A DNA stretch of 52,206 bases, counting the filler, from Bipalium vagum (lineage: Eukaryota): NCBI GenBank assembly GCA_037834085.1. It is 3 parts of 3 records of this genome, joined end to end, with 100 filler letters (N's around TTAATTAATTAA, not from the genome) between each part and the next. Parts side by side here need not be neighbours in the genome. Positions count along the whole stretch, not along the records: positions 1 to 16,613 come from JBBMKC010102949.1; 2 more parts are not named here. One strand, 5' to 3'. The position numbers and the translations under genes were made by a program. This document shows, in pieces, positions 1 through 9,420 of the stretch. The notes under the pieces are model-generated. The model searched no databases, was not told the DNA's origin, and saw only the letters and a program-made list of their open reading frames with translations. Position 1 is the stretch's first letter. Each line of letters opens with the position of its first letter.

Positions 1-195
1 TTTTATTGATCTGAATCGGATAAGAGACGTATTTGTAATCTTTATCCTTTTCTCTCCACCAAGTTCTCAACAGTTACTTTTAATCATAGACTTTGAGAAG
101 AGATCGTCTTCCGTAATTAATCCGACTTTTTTACAACTCAGAAATTACTTTGCCAACAGCTGATTCGTTAAAAGACTTTTTCGAAATTCGAGGTA

Positions 196-2643
196 TTGAG
201 TGAGAGTTTTCCGTTGAGTGAGAGTCCTCCACACGAAACAGGTGGTTCTGGCCTTTACTCAAATTTGATCTTTTGCGGAGTGATTGAAAATTATTCAAAT
301 GGTGAAGATCTTGTAGGTCTTAACTTTCAGTCGACTCAAGAAGAAGTTCTTTTCTGTTCTCCAGGTTTTGTCTCTCCGATTATTGATAAATCTACTTCTT
401 CTGAACCTTCGGATATACCTGTTAGGCGATTGAGTTTGAAAGAGACAGGATAGAGCGGAAACGCTTTTGAGAGAAATGGTTGAAAATGACTATGACGTTG
501 ACCAGATAATGGATACAATTGTCAGCTTTTTCCGATTTCAATCATCTGTTCCATGTAATAAACCGTACCTTGGTACAAACTTGTTTAAGAAAAAAATGAG
601 TAAATTTACTGTTCGTTCAAATTTTAATAAAAATATGAAGGACACAGTGAATAAAATTGTCAGTGATGATACTATTGATTGTCGACCATCAATGGAACAC
701 ATTGTTGAGCATTTTACCTATTCTTTGCATGAAAATAAGATCTGGCTGTTCAACAAGTTTTGTAAGTTTTCTTCAACTCAGTTGAATTTGGAATTTATTT
801 CGACTGCTGAAATGTGTGCGGGACTGAAAGACGTTGATAACACAACGCCTGGATGTGGTGGCATCATATATAATAACTTGAAATATCTGGACCCGGATGG
901 GGATATTTTGAGTTATTTGTTCAACAAAATTATTGAATGTGGTAAAATTCCTTCCTTATCGTCTTCGTTTAAAACTTGTTTGATTCCGAAACCTGGGAAA
1001 GGTGATAATTATCATTTAGTGTCGAGTTAGGGGCCTATCGCTCTCCTTTGTACTTCGTATAAAATATTTGCTGCGATTCTGTGTAGCAGATTGAACAATT
1101 TGGTTCTGTTTCGGTTCCACACTTTTTGATTGGTGATTCTCCCAATAGAGTGTTGGCTTATGCGGATGATATTGCCATTTTTGCTCAAAATCCTATTGAC
1201 TTGCAATTAATTATCGATACAGCCGTTTCAACCTCTGAGTGGTCAGGAATGAACTACCGTCCTGCGAAATGTGCTTTCATTTCTATACCGCCAGATGAAA
1301 TGATTAGTGTCATTTCCATGTATAATGTTCTAATTTGGCGTTTGGCTTCTGGGGAATTCTGTCAATAACTTGACGTTCCTGTTGGTGTTAAAGTTGATCA
1401 ATTTCCATATGATATTCTGAATAAAATCATTGTTGATTTGGGTAAGATTGTCAATTCTGGCATGTTCGGTTGGCAAAAGTTGAAAGCTTATAAAATTTTC
1501 TTGCATTCTCGTTTAATTTTTCCATTCAGAACCAGAGAAGTAAAAGTAAGTTCCATTGATAGACCACAAAGATCCGGTCCAATTAGTGAGAACAGATGTT
1601 CAAAAATTAGAGGCTATCTCAAGATGATTTTGAAACTTCCGGCGAAATCTGAATCCAACTATCTCCATTGTTCCATCGAAAATGTAGGAGCTTGACTAAC
1701 TGCTTTGCATGATGTGTATTCGACTCAATGTATTGTTCAAGGTTTTCGGCTCTTGACAACATCGTGTGACTTTACTAGAAAGATAATTTCTGATTCTCTC
1801 TGTCTTGTTGCAGCGATTCGTTTGAAATCATCTTCCTTTACCATTTCGGATTGTCTTGAATGGATTCATGGTGACAAGACGAAACAGAGTTGAGCATCGA
1901 AAAAGTCTTGGTGGCTGATAGTGAAAAATGCTATTAACTTTTCTAGAAAGGCTTTAGAAATTTCTATTTCTTTTGAAATTCAAAATGATTTGGTCGTTCT
2001 TCAAATCTCTTCTAATAATATGAGTACTTCTGCTAGCACTTGTAGAGATCTGAGTGCATTGTCTCATCTTCTCCATCTTTATATTCAAGACTCGTATAGT
2101 TTGAAATGAAACAATATTAAGGGGAGCAATTTCATTGCTGACACTGTGAGATTGCGTCCTCCGGTTAATAAGTTGATTTTCAATGGTGATTTGAATGAGT
2201 GGCTTTAAATTTAACCATGAAGCTCGAAAAAATTCTCGTTCGATTAACGCAAGACCGATGAATAAATGTAGAGATTCGCGTGTCTGTCGTCGATGTCACG
2301 CTTCTGAGGAATCAATGGTACATTCTTTGCAAAATTGTATTCCAAACATGTCATTGTGTACAGAGCGTTACAATGCTTGTTTAAAAAAGATCTGCGAAGC
2401 GCTTCATAGTCCAGATATCATTGTGGTGATGGACAAAAAGTGCGAACCTTTGAAAGATTACGCGGAACGTATTGATCTTATGATCAAGCACGTTGAGAAA
2501 ATTTTAATTTTTCTCACTGATGTTAAATGCCCGATGGATACCTTGGAAAATTTCCGGAATTCAGATGAAGGCAATTTAACAAAATATACAGATCTATGTA
2601 ATCGACTCGTAAATTTAACCCTGGCTATATAACAGAGTTTGAC
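196..2643 (+). mobile_element. Decayed non-LTR retrotransposon with restriction-like endonuclease (NeSL/Utopia/R2 group)
   Basis: Broken ORFs give RT domain 0 (TTPGCGGIIYNNLK), domain 1 (TCLIPKPGKG...SS*GPIALLCTSYKIFAAIL), YADD (VLAYADDIAI, ~1150-1180), GWQKLKAYKIF, a CCHC knuckle (CRRCHASEESMVHSLQNC) and a REL core (RIDL...DVKCP...KY). Many stops and frameshifts. Confidence 0.9.
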
Positions 2644-3179
2644 TAACTCACACTCACTAGGTCTTTATATATACATTCAAATGCCCACGGAAGGCTTTTA
2701 TTTGTAATACTTTTATTTGGTGATAGTACTGAGGCTGTATATAGTTTCACATTATAGAGTTTTTATTGGGAAAACGAAAACCCCTGAGTGTGTATGTACT
2801 AATTTTTTTATTTTTCTATTTCAAAATAAGTCCAAACGGTCACCACGTTATATTGTCGGATTTTAAAATCAAAATTTTGCGAGACATGAAAATTTTATAA
2901 AGAAAGTATAAACTTTCCGGTGAGCACAAGGTTTAACGTCCAAAACTGTGGTTTTATAATTATCGTGTGTGAGTTCTTAAGATCTTGCTGTAATGTTCAC
3001 AGTGCTTGTGTTGTCAGTTTCTGACAGAATAGTCGTCAAAAAAGTATTAAAAAAATTTTAAAAAAGAAAAAAAAATTCAAAAAGAAAATAAAGAGAGAAA
3101 AAAAACATAATATTTTTTGTAGAGCTGTGATATTCCCGAATGTCAACGTACCTGAGTGATGAAAGCCGACACGAGATTA

Positions 3180-3575
3180 CAACCACGAGTTCTCAAGTAA
3201 AGCCGATGAACTCAGCGAAATTGACAAGGATACAAGCAGATCCCGAAGTGTCCAAATCAATTATCAACAACCTTATTTTTCATAAATAGATTTGTAACGG
3301 TGGTCCCTTATAGACACTGATAACATGGATTGAGCCCCATGTATCAGTTGATGCTAATCTGAAATTGATATCCGGAAATGAGAAATCAGTCGTTTCATGC
3401 ATCTATGTATTGTCATTCTGTTCTGACCCTTCAGTAATGACGAGGGCATATTACCCTCGGGAACTGAGCACCTTGAGGTAATACGGGGTCAATCGGTGAG
3501 CAATCATCTCTTCTTGATTGACCATAGTACCATCAACCATCTCAGATTGAGCCTTGGGTGGACCTGAGAAGTCGT
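3180..3575 (-). pseudogene. Decayed WD40 gene fragment resembling the WDR11 N-terminus
   Basis: Minus-strand translation gives FRLASTDTWGSIHVISVYKG and, after a frameshift, TLRDLLVSL. These recall the WDR11 segments LRLASAD..G.I.V.DV..G and RDLLL. In-frame stops present. Confidence 0.45.
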
Positions 3576-4699
3576 ATTATGCAAGATTTCTTTTTCATTT
3601 TAAATTTTTAATTATAATTTAATTAATCTAAAAGATCTAAGAATCCAGACTTGCAAAGTGATTATTTTAATTAGCGGAGCTTTTTATGAAAGCGCAACGA
3701 CCTCAACAGCGATCACTTTCGTTAAACTTAAATAATATACGATATAGTTACAAAATGAAAGCTAAAAATTAATATTATTTTGAGATTAAATTAATCATTT
3801 AAAACAAAAACAAAATGCTGCACCTATTTCGAATGAGCTCCAAGGTTTACTTTCTTTGGCGATGATTGCAATAAATATGCTATCTTGATTAGTATCTTAG
3901 AAGACCACTCGAAATCAGAAATTTACAAACAACACAAAGGTCAAAACTGAGAATTGGATTTCAAAGGTAATTCTTTTTTTATTTTGAGATTAATTCTGAA
4001 TTTGAAACAGAAAATGTTTAGACTTCATAAAAAATTACTCATTTTCACAGCAATCGTTTTTAGGGTACAGAGTCCACAAAATTTTAAATCTATGAAGATC
4101 ATTACGGTACAGAGCTCTTTGTTGAAGTTATGAAAATATTACTATTAACAGAAAAATATTATTAAAGTTTCAACCGTAAAATATTATCAAATTTAATTGA
4201 TAAAAACGAAAAAATTACTGGGAATCCATTTTCCACGAAACATTTTATGGATTTCCTGGAACCCTCGCGTACTTCCCAATGTGGATTTTTAACATTTTTA
4301 AGCTTAAAAGGGTTTTATTGTTTATGTTCTTTTCTAAATAACTACCCTCGGATGCGTTTTAATGATGAGAATTGTGGAATCCCTTTACAGGTGGATGATC
4401 CCTTTTCAATAGGGAAGTAGTAATTAAAATTTACCATTATATTACTGTTGTCATATTAATAATTAACGGAAATTATATAATATTACTGTTATGACAACAA
4501 AAAATAAAATCTAACTTTTTCAAAAAAAAGAATCCAATTCTTATTAATATAATTGAAACAGTTTCATAAAATATATAAATTTTTCAATATTCCATCAATA
4601 TATTCTTTAAATATCAGAATAACGGTGATGATTTATACAGCGATCGATAATATCTACTGTCCACTAAGCATATGACTGATGTTTTTCTTCTACTACTCA

Positions 4700-5050
4700 C
4701 AAACGAATATCCCATCAATTTCGATCACTTTCAAAGGCCATTTATTGCCAGCGCTCATTGACTGCTTTCCCAAATAATAATCGGCAGTTTTTGATATTGA
4801 TCTCGATATTTTTCTATATCCGCCAGGTCTTCTTCGTAAATCTTCCCGGCAGTAGTGTGGTATTATGCTGCCATGGTAAATCTTTCGACTCAGTGTAAAT
4901 CACAATGGCTTTGAAAAGATTTTTAACAGCTTCAGTCGGATTAACTTTCCGAAAACAGTTCGCTGTCTGTACATATTTCGAAGTAGCCTCCTGCTTCATA
5001 TCTCACTAAAAATGCAAATTAGCATTCATAACAAATGCATCACCCGTCTA
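4700..5050 (-). pseudogene. alpha-SNAP (NSF attachment protein) pseudogene fragment, intronless
   Basis: TGDAFVMNANLHF**DMKQEATSKYVQTANCFRKVNPTEAVKNLFKAIVIYTES, frameshift, RFTMAA*YHTTAGKIYEEDLADIEKYRDQYQKTADYYLGKQSMSAGNKWPLKV. This is colinear with the central TPR-like region of alpha-SNAP (NAPA); 3 stops and 1 frameshift. Confidence 0.85.
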
Positions 5051-5559
5051 CTGTCACCATTGAAGGCGAATATCAATCCCATCTCACCTTCAAACACAGC
5101 TCACTAGTACTGGGGATCATTTGGAATTATGAAATCTGATTCCCAGATTGCCAGAGAATAATCTGCAAAATTACTGCCTTTCGTAAAATATAAAAAGGAA
5201 TCCAAATGTTGGTCTTAGATACAAACAGATTGAATTATAATTCTGCGAAATTTTCTTGCACCGCAAAACTCAACAAATCTAAATTTGGTATTGACCATTG
5301 TTGTTTTGGTGGTTTTCGTAACAGATACGCAGAGTGGACAATCTTAGAGTTGAGATCATTGTTAACCGGGTTGGGCGTCTGAGTTGCCATTGGATTGTGA
5401 CATAAATACGCTTTGTTGTGTTATCATGTTTTGATCACACCAACTGTGTTGCACCAGCCATTTTGCATCCGAATCAGGTTTTCAATCAAGGGTTACTGAT
5501 ATTCTTTGGGTTGAAGAATTATACTTTGAAAGGTTAAAAAATCAAATGATTATTTTCAG

Positions 5560-6200
5560 GACGTATTATATTAAGGACCTCAACATACCCATATTGAGAA
5601 GAAACGAGAGCCGAAAGTTTTGGTAAATTTTAGACGAAGAACAAGTGATAAGAAGCCAGATGAATAGGACCACTAATATCTTGAAATTAATTTTAAAAAA
5701 TTCTGAAAATCAACCAGAACCATGTTAAAAGCTTCAATATCACAACCCCTCTCCACTATCACCTAAGAACACTAATGTGATCATCTATGGAAGTCATATA
5801 AACAAGTTTCCAATTTCCATGTTTATTTAGTAAAATTAACTCTAAAGCCTTGTTAGGTCTTCAATGACACGACCGTTTTCTGTTAATTTGACAGTCATAA
5901 TGACCTTTTCGGCACCAAATTGGTGGGTCTTTTATAATACTACATGAATTTAAACCCATGAATAAATCAATCAAATCTCAAGCTTCAATGTTGTCACCCT
6001 TGTCACCCTGCAACCTGACGAAAACAGTATGATCATTTGTGCAGTTAAGTGAATCAGGTCTCATCACACTAAAAACTATACTAATTAATAAATCAATATC
6101 TTCTTCTAACGATTCAAAATCCCAACCTTTGTCAACCTGAATTGACTGTGGAGTTCCATGCCGTACTCGGACAATAACGTCATTCCCACACTCTTACATC
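5560..6200 (-). pseudogene. Decayed ankyrin-repeat gene fragment
   Basis: Minus-strand pieces match the ankyrin consensus: MRPDSLNCTNDHTVFVRLQGDKGDNIEA; GAEK/GHYD/TVKLTENGRVIED; HISVLR/VIVERGCDIEAFN; GPIHLASYH; SSQYGYVEVL. The pieces are separated by frameshifts, stops and short AT-rich intron-like spacers. Confidence 0.65.
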
Positions 6201-6257
6201 AACCTACATGGATGACGTTATGCGCAATAGTTAACTCAAACGTCATCGATGACGTCA
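6174..6257. promoter_or_regulatory. Cluster of CRE/ATF-type sites upstream of the RING gene
   Basis: ATAACGTCAT (6174-6183) and its inverse ATGACGTTAT (6212-6221). A 16-bp palindrome ACGTCATCGATGACGT (6240-6255) overlaps a perfect TGACGTCA (6250-6257). Confidence 0.35.
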
Positions 6258-6547
6258 CTCGTGTCTCGCTGAATGCCGTGAGCGTTCGTGAGCCTAAGGG
6301 ATTCGACATTTTTGCCATGATTTACCTAATAGGCCAAATAATATTCAAATGTAAAAGAATAAATTTTCTTGTTATCATTTGTTGCCCTTGTGTCGCCAAT
6401 TTTATTAATTTTAATAATTATTTATTTTTGAGATTTTTTTTCATTGAAAAAAGATTTTTATAAAGATTATTTTTTATTTTGTACCTCTAAATTTTTGTGA
6501 AATTAAAAAGAATTTGTTTAAATTTAAATAATTTTTTAAATATTTTC

Positions 6548-6557
6548 AGCCAATCAG
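6548..6557 (+). promoter_or_regulatory. CCAAT (NF-Y) box
   Basis: AGCCAATCAG, a canonical NF-Y consensus about 80 nt upstream of the ATG at 6633. Confidence 0.45.
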
Positions 6558-6632
6558 ATTAAAAGCTGAAAAATTTTGTTTAAATTAACAGTTTAATTGC
6601 TCGAAATTGGATTATTCATAAAAAAGAAGAAA

Positions 6633-8174
6633 ATGTCTGGATCTCCTGATGACGAGAACGATCTTTGCTTGATTTGCATGAATGGGACCGGGAAGAAGCA
6701 GCAGGCCATGCTGAACCCCTGTGAGCATTCCTTTTGCCTCGAGTGCCTTCAGCTGTGGCTGAAGATCAATCCAACCTGTCCCTTCGACAGACGCCGCATA
6801 GAAAAACTTTCAGTTTTTAACCCTGTTAACAAACTCAACGAAACAGTTTCCATCCTCTTATTTCTAAACCCTGGTCTCGTCGAGGAACAGCTTGAATTCA
6901 TTTCACAGTCCTTTTCAAAATGCTTGATGTTCCTGAACTTCTTCCAGGACTTCTTGGAAAGGTTCCGTGAGGCAATGCAGTCCGTCTGCGAAATTAATGC
7001 CACTTTTCCCCAATGCCAGCTTTATGATTTGTTAAACTCCAATGACAATACTTCGACGAAAGGAGTACAAGATCTTCTAAATTTGTTGATACCGATCTTT
7101 CAGAACATACTGTCCACTATAAAGAATTATAAATTTCCGCTGGACAACATGGTCATGGCAGTCAGAGAGCGACTGATCATGCTAATTGGTGAAGAGACCC
7201 TGCAGTTCCACAGCGAGAAAATGAGGGCCATCCTGAAGCTGTGCAACCTGCTGTTAATAACAAACCAAATATTTGTCAACGTTTCAACCTTTTTCCAGGT
7301 CTTTCTTTGGAAGAAGACTGACGACCACGGTCGAACAGACAGAGACTTAACGTGCTTACGTTACATCTTCAAAACCGCTCCTGAATTGAACAAGTTCACC
7401 AGTCTGATTGAAGACTGTTTCAGATTCGCCAGAGCAATTATTGTCAAGGGGTTATGGCAGGAATCCATCGGAGATTTTGCTACCATCTTCAGAAACTGGT
7501 CCACAGAATGTCTTGTGTGCAATGGATCCCTACCAATGCAGATACATAATTATGATTATGGTTTCCGACACGGAGTATGTCGTTGGTGTCTTCAAAGATT
7601 TCAGCTACCGAACAACTTTTCGTCTTTCTCCAGTGAACATGAGACGTTCGATGTCGAAGGAGGGATAAACCAAGAAGCTTACGATGTCATTAACAGCAGC
7701 ATCGACTGGATTGTGAACTCCGTTATCCATACCGCGAGAACTTTGGTGGCCATTTTGAATGGACAGTCAACCACAGATCAAGCCTCGTTGAAATCGATGT
7801 TTTGTGGTTACTACGTGATCCACTTTCGCCTGATGCTGTCATATCACATGTTCCTAAATCTTATGGTGGAGAGCCAAGATATTAGCCCTAAAAGTAGGGT
7901 GATTTTAGGACTTTTCAGGTGCAGCCTCTCAATTCTATGTGTTTTTATAAAGTTTGTCAAATCAGCTCGCAAGTCCGAGAAAAAAGTGAATGAAGCCGGA
8001 ACCAGTGTTTACATAAAGAGCGTAATTAAGAAGAGTGTGCTCTACATGAGGAAAAAATTGAAGGGACACATACATTCCGTGATCTTGGAAAACGAAGAGT
8101 ACTGTCTGCAAAGTAGAGACGAAAATATAAAGAAAATCATGGAAAAGTTTTCTGCTTTGTCTCAGATGTTTTGA
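6633..8174 (+). CDS. Intronless RING-finger protein (C3HC3D-type, putative E3 ubiquitin ligase), 513 aa
   Basis: Uninterrupted ORF from ATG 6633. N-terminal CLIC-x11-C-x-H-x2-C-x2-C-x10-CPFD RING (6666-6788). AATAAA follows the stop at ~8185. Confidence 0.85.
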   Translation: MSGSPDDENDLCLICMNGTGKKQQAMLNPCEHSFCLECLQLWLKINPTCPFDRRRIEKLSVFNPVNKLNETVSILLFLNPGLVEEQLEFISQSFSKCLMFLNFFQDFLERFREAMQSVCEINATFPQCQLYDLLNSNDNTSTKGVQDLLNLLIPIFQNILSTIKNYKFPLDNMVMAVRERLIMLIGEETLQFHSEKMRAILKLCNLLLITNQIFVNVSTFFQVFLWKKTDDHGRTDRDLTCLRYIFKTAPELNKFTSLIEDCFRFARAIIVKGLWQESIGDFATIFRNWSTECLVCNGSLPMQIHNYDYGFRHGVCRWCLQRFQLPNNFSSFSSEHETFDVEGGINQEAYDVINSSIDWIVNSVIHTARTLVAILNGQSTTDQASLKSMFCGYYVIHFRLMLSYHMFLNLMVESQDISPKSRVILGLFRCSLSILCVFIKFVKSARKSEKKVNEAGTSVYIKSVIKKSVLYMRKKLKGHIHSVILENEEYCLQSRDENIKKIMEKFSALSQMF

Positions 8175-9120
8175 TGAGTATTTGAATAAAACCTGAAAAT
8201 TACGTCTTGTGTCTTGCTCTCATCGTCATGTGTTCTGTGATCTCATTTTTTTTGGATATTATCGAAATTAGATGTTCCAACTTTAACAGATTCTTTTTAA
8301 TCTCGAGGAAATATTTTCATTAAAGCTATTTGTTGATTGACGTCGTCATAGAAACAGAAATAGATCAATCGAAGAAGGCCATGAAGAAATATATTACTAT
8401 GACCGAAATTACATTGGCTATTTAAAATTCAATAACAAATTTGACCTCGACAGAAATCGATTTTATTCTCCATACTTATACGGCGTACTTATTCAAAAAA
8501 ATCTGCTAAAACTAAAACATCTATTTCCATTATTCCATTTATGAAACAGAATGTGCAAGTGTTCCTCTGATACAAACCGAAAATTTCTTAATCGTAATGT
8601 CTGATAAACCAAAATTTGTATTTGTTTTTGAGAAGATTTCCGCAAAATACTTTTGTGAAAAATTTATAATGTAAATATTGTATGGTACAAAAGTTCGGAC
8701 ATTATGAAAAACTATTTTGAACAAATTGTGACATTTTGGGTTCTCTTTTCATTTAACTGCGCATTTAACGTTTGTTTTAAATTATTATTTTAAGAAACAT
8801 TCAAATTTTTAAAAATTAAAAGTACTAGGCTCCGAGAAGGGCCTTTTGTTCCTTATCCATTATGTAATTCTGAAACGTATTCACAATGGTAATTTAAAAC
8901 TAATTAACAAAATTAACCTTCAAATAAATCATTAAAACGACTTATAAATGAGTCATCTTGTTTTGCTTTGTTTCTATTTTTTAAAACATTTATGTAATTT
9001 TAAAATGTTAAAGGACGGAATGTTCACCGTTTTTTGATTTTAACAATTTCTCATCATCAAACAATGTGGTGAATGAGGCAGAAGGACAACATTGATGAAA
9101 TATTACACATGAGACATATG

Positions 9121-9420
9121 TTAGGTCATCAGGTGTGAAATGTTCGAGTTAATCAACATTTTCATTTACAGTTGACGCAAGATGCAAATCACCGAAACTG
9201 TCAACACAGTTCTGCCATCTTACTGGTAAGGAGTTTATTCCAGCAGCGAAGAAGTTTGCTGATAGAGTGGAGATGAAATCACGGAAGCCGTTTTTCACAG
9301 TCGTTTCTGTATTAAATATCAAGAAATGATCCAAAGCTCGCAAGAAATGATAGTCAGTTGAGTTGATATCAGATGGCAGATCTAAAAGTGATCTTCTCAT
9401 GAGTAGATATTGGGTCACTT
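9121..9420 (-). mobile_element. mariner transposase 3' fragment
   Basis: DLPSDINSTDYHFLRALDHFL...FRDFI...FFAAGINSLPVRWQNCVDS is the mariner C-terminus. TTAGGTCATC at ~9121 looks like a TIR end. Confidence 0.8.

Noticed and set aside
2657-2700. CTAG plus small GC hairpin as a Helitron 3' end
   Set aside because: The stem is only about 3 bp and too far from the CTAG; insufficient evidence.
3140-3570. Series of hairpins (e.g. ACTGATAACATGG/CCATGTATCAGT, CGAGGG/CCCTCG, GGTCAATC/GATTGACC) suggesting an ncRNA, SECIS or ribozyme
   Set aside because: No Rfam-type conserved boxes recognised, the helix is too short for a SECIS, and the hammerhead core is incomplete. The opposite strand is better explained as a decayed WD40 coding fragment.
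4700-5050. In-frame TAG/TAA/TGA in alpha-SNAP as a sign of a variant genetic code
   Set aside because: All three stop types and a frameshift occur, and intact genes in the window end normally in TAG/TGA/TAA. Ordinary pseudogene decay.
6195-6318. Minus-strand ATG ORF with in-frame TGA (HVG*C) as a selenoprotein
   Set aside because: No known selenoprotein motif or SECIS, and it lies at the edge of the decayed ankyrin region.
6158-6463. 101-aa plus-strand ORF and other short AT-rich or antisense ORFs in the track
   Set aside because: They are antisense shadows of real exons or transposons, or low-complexity F/I/K/N-rich frames with no motifs.
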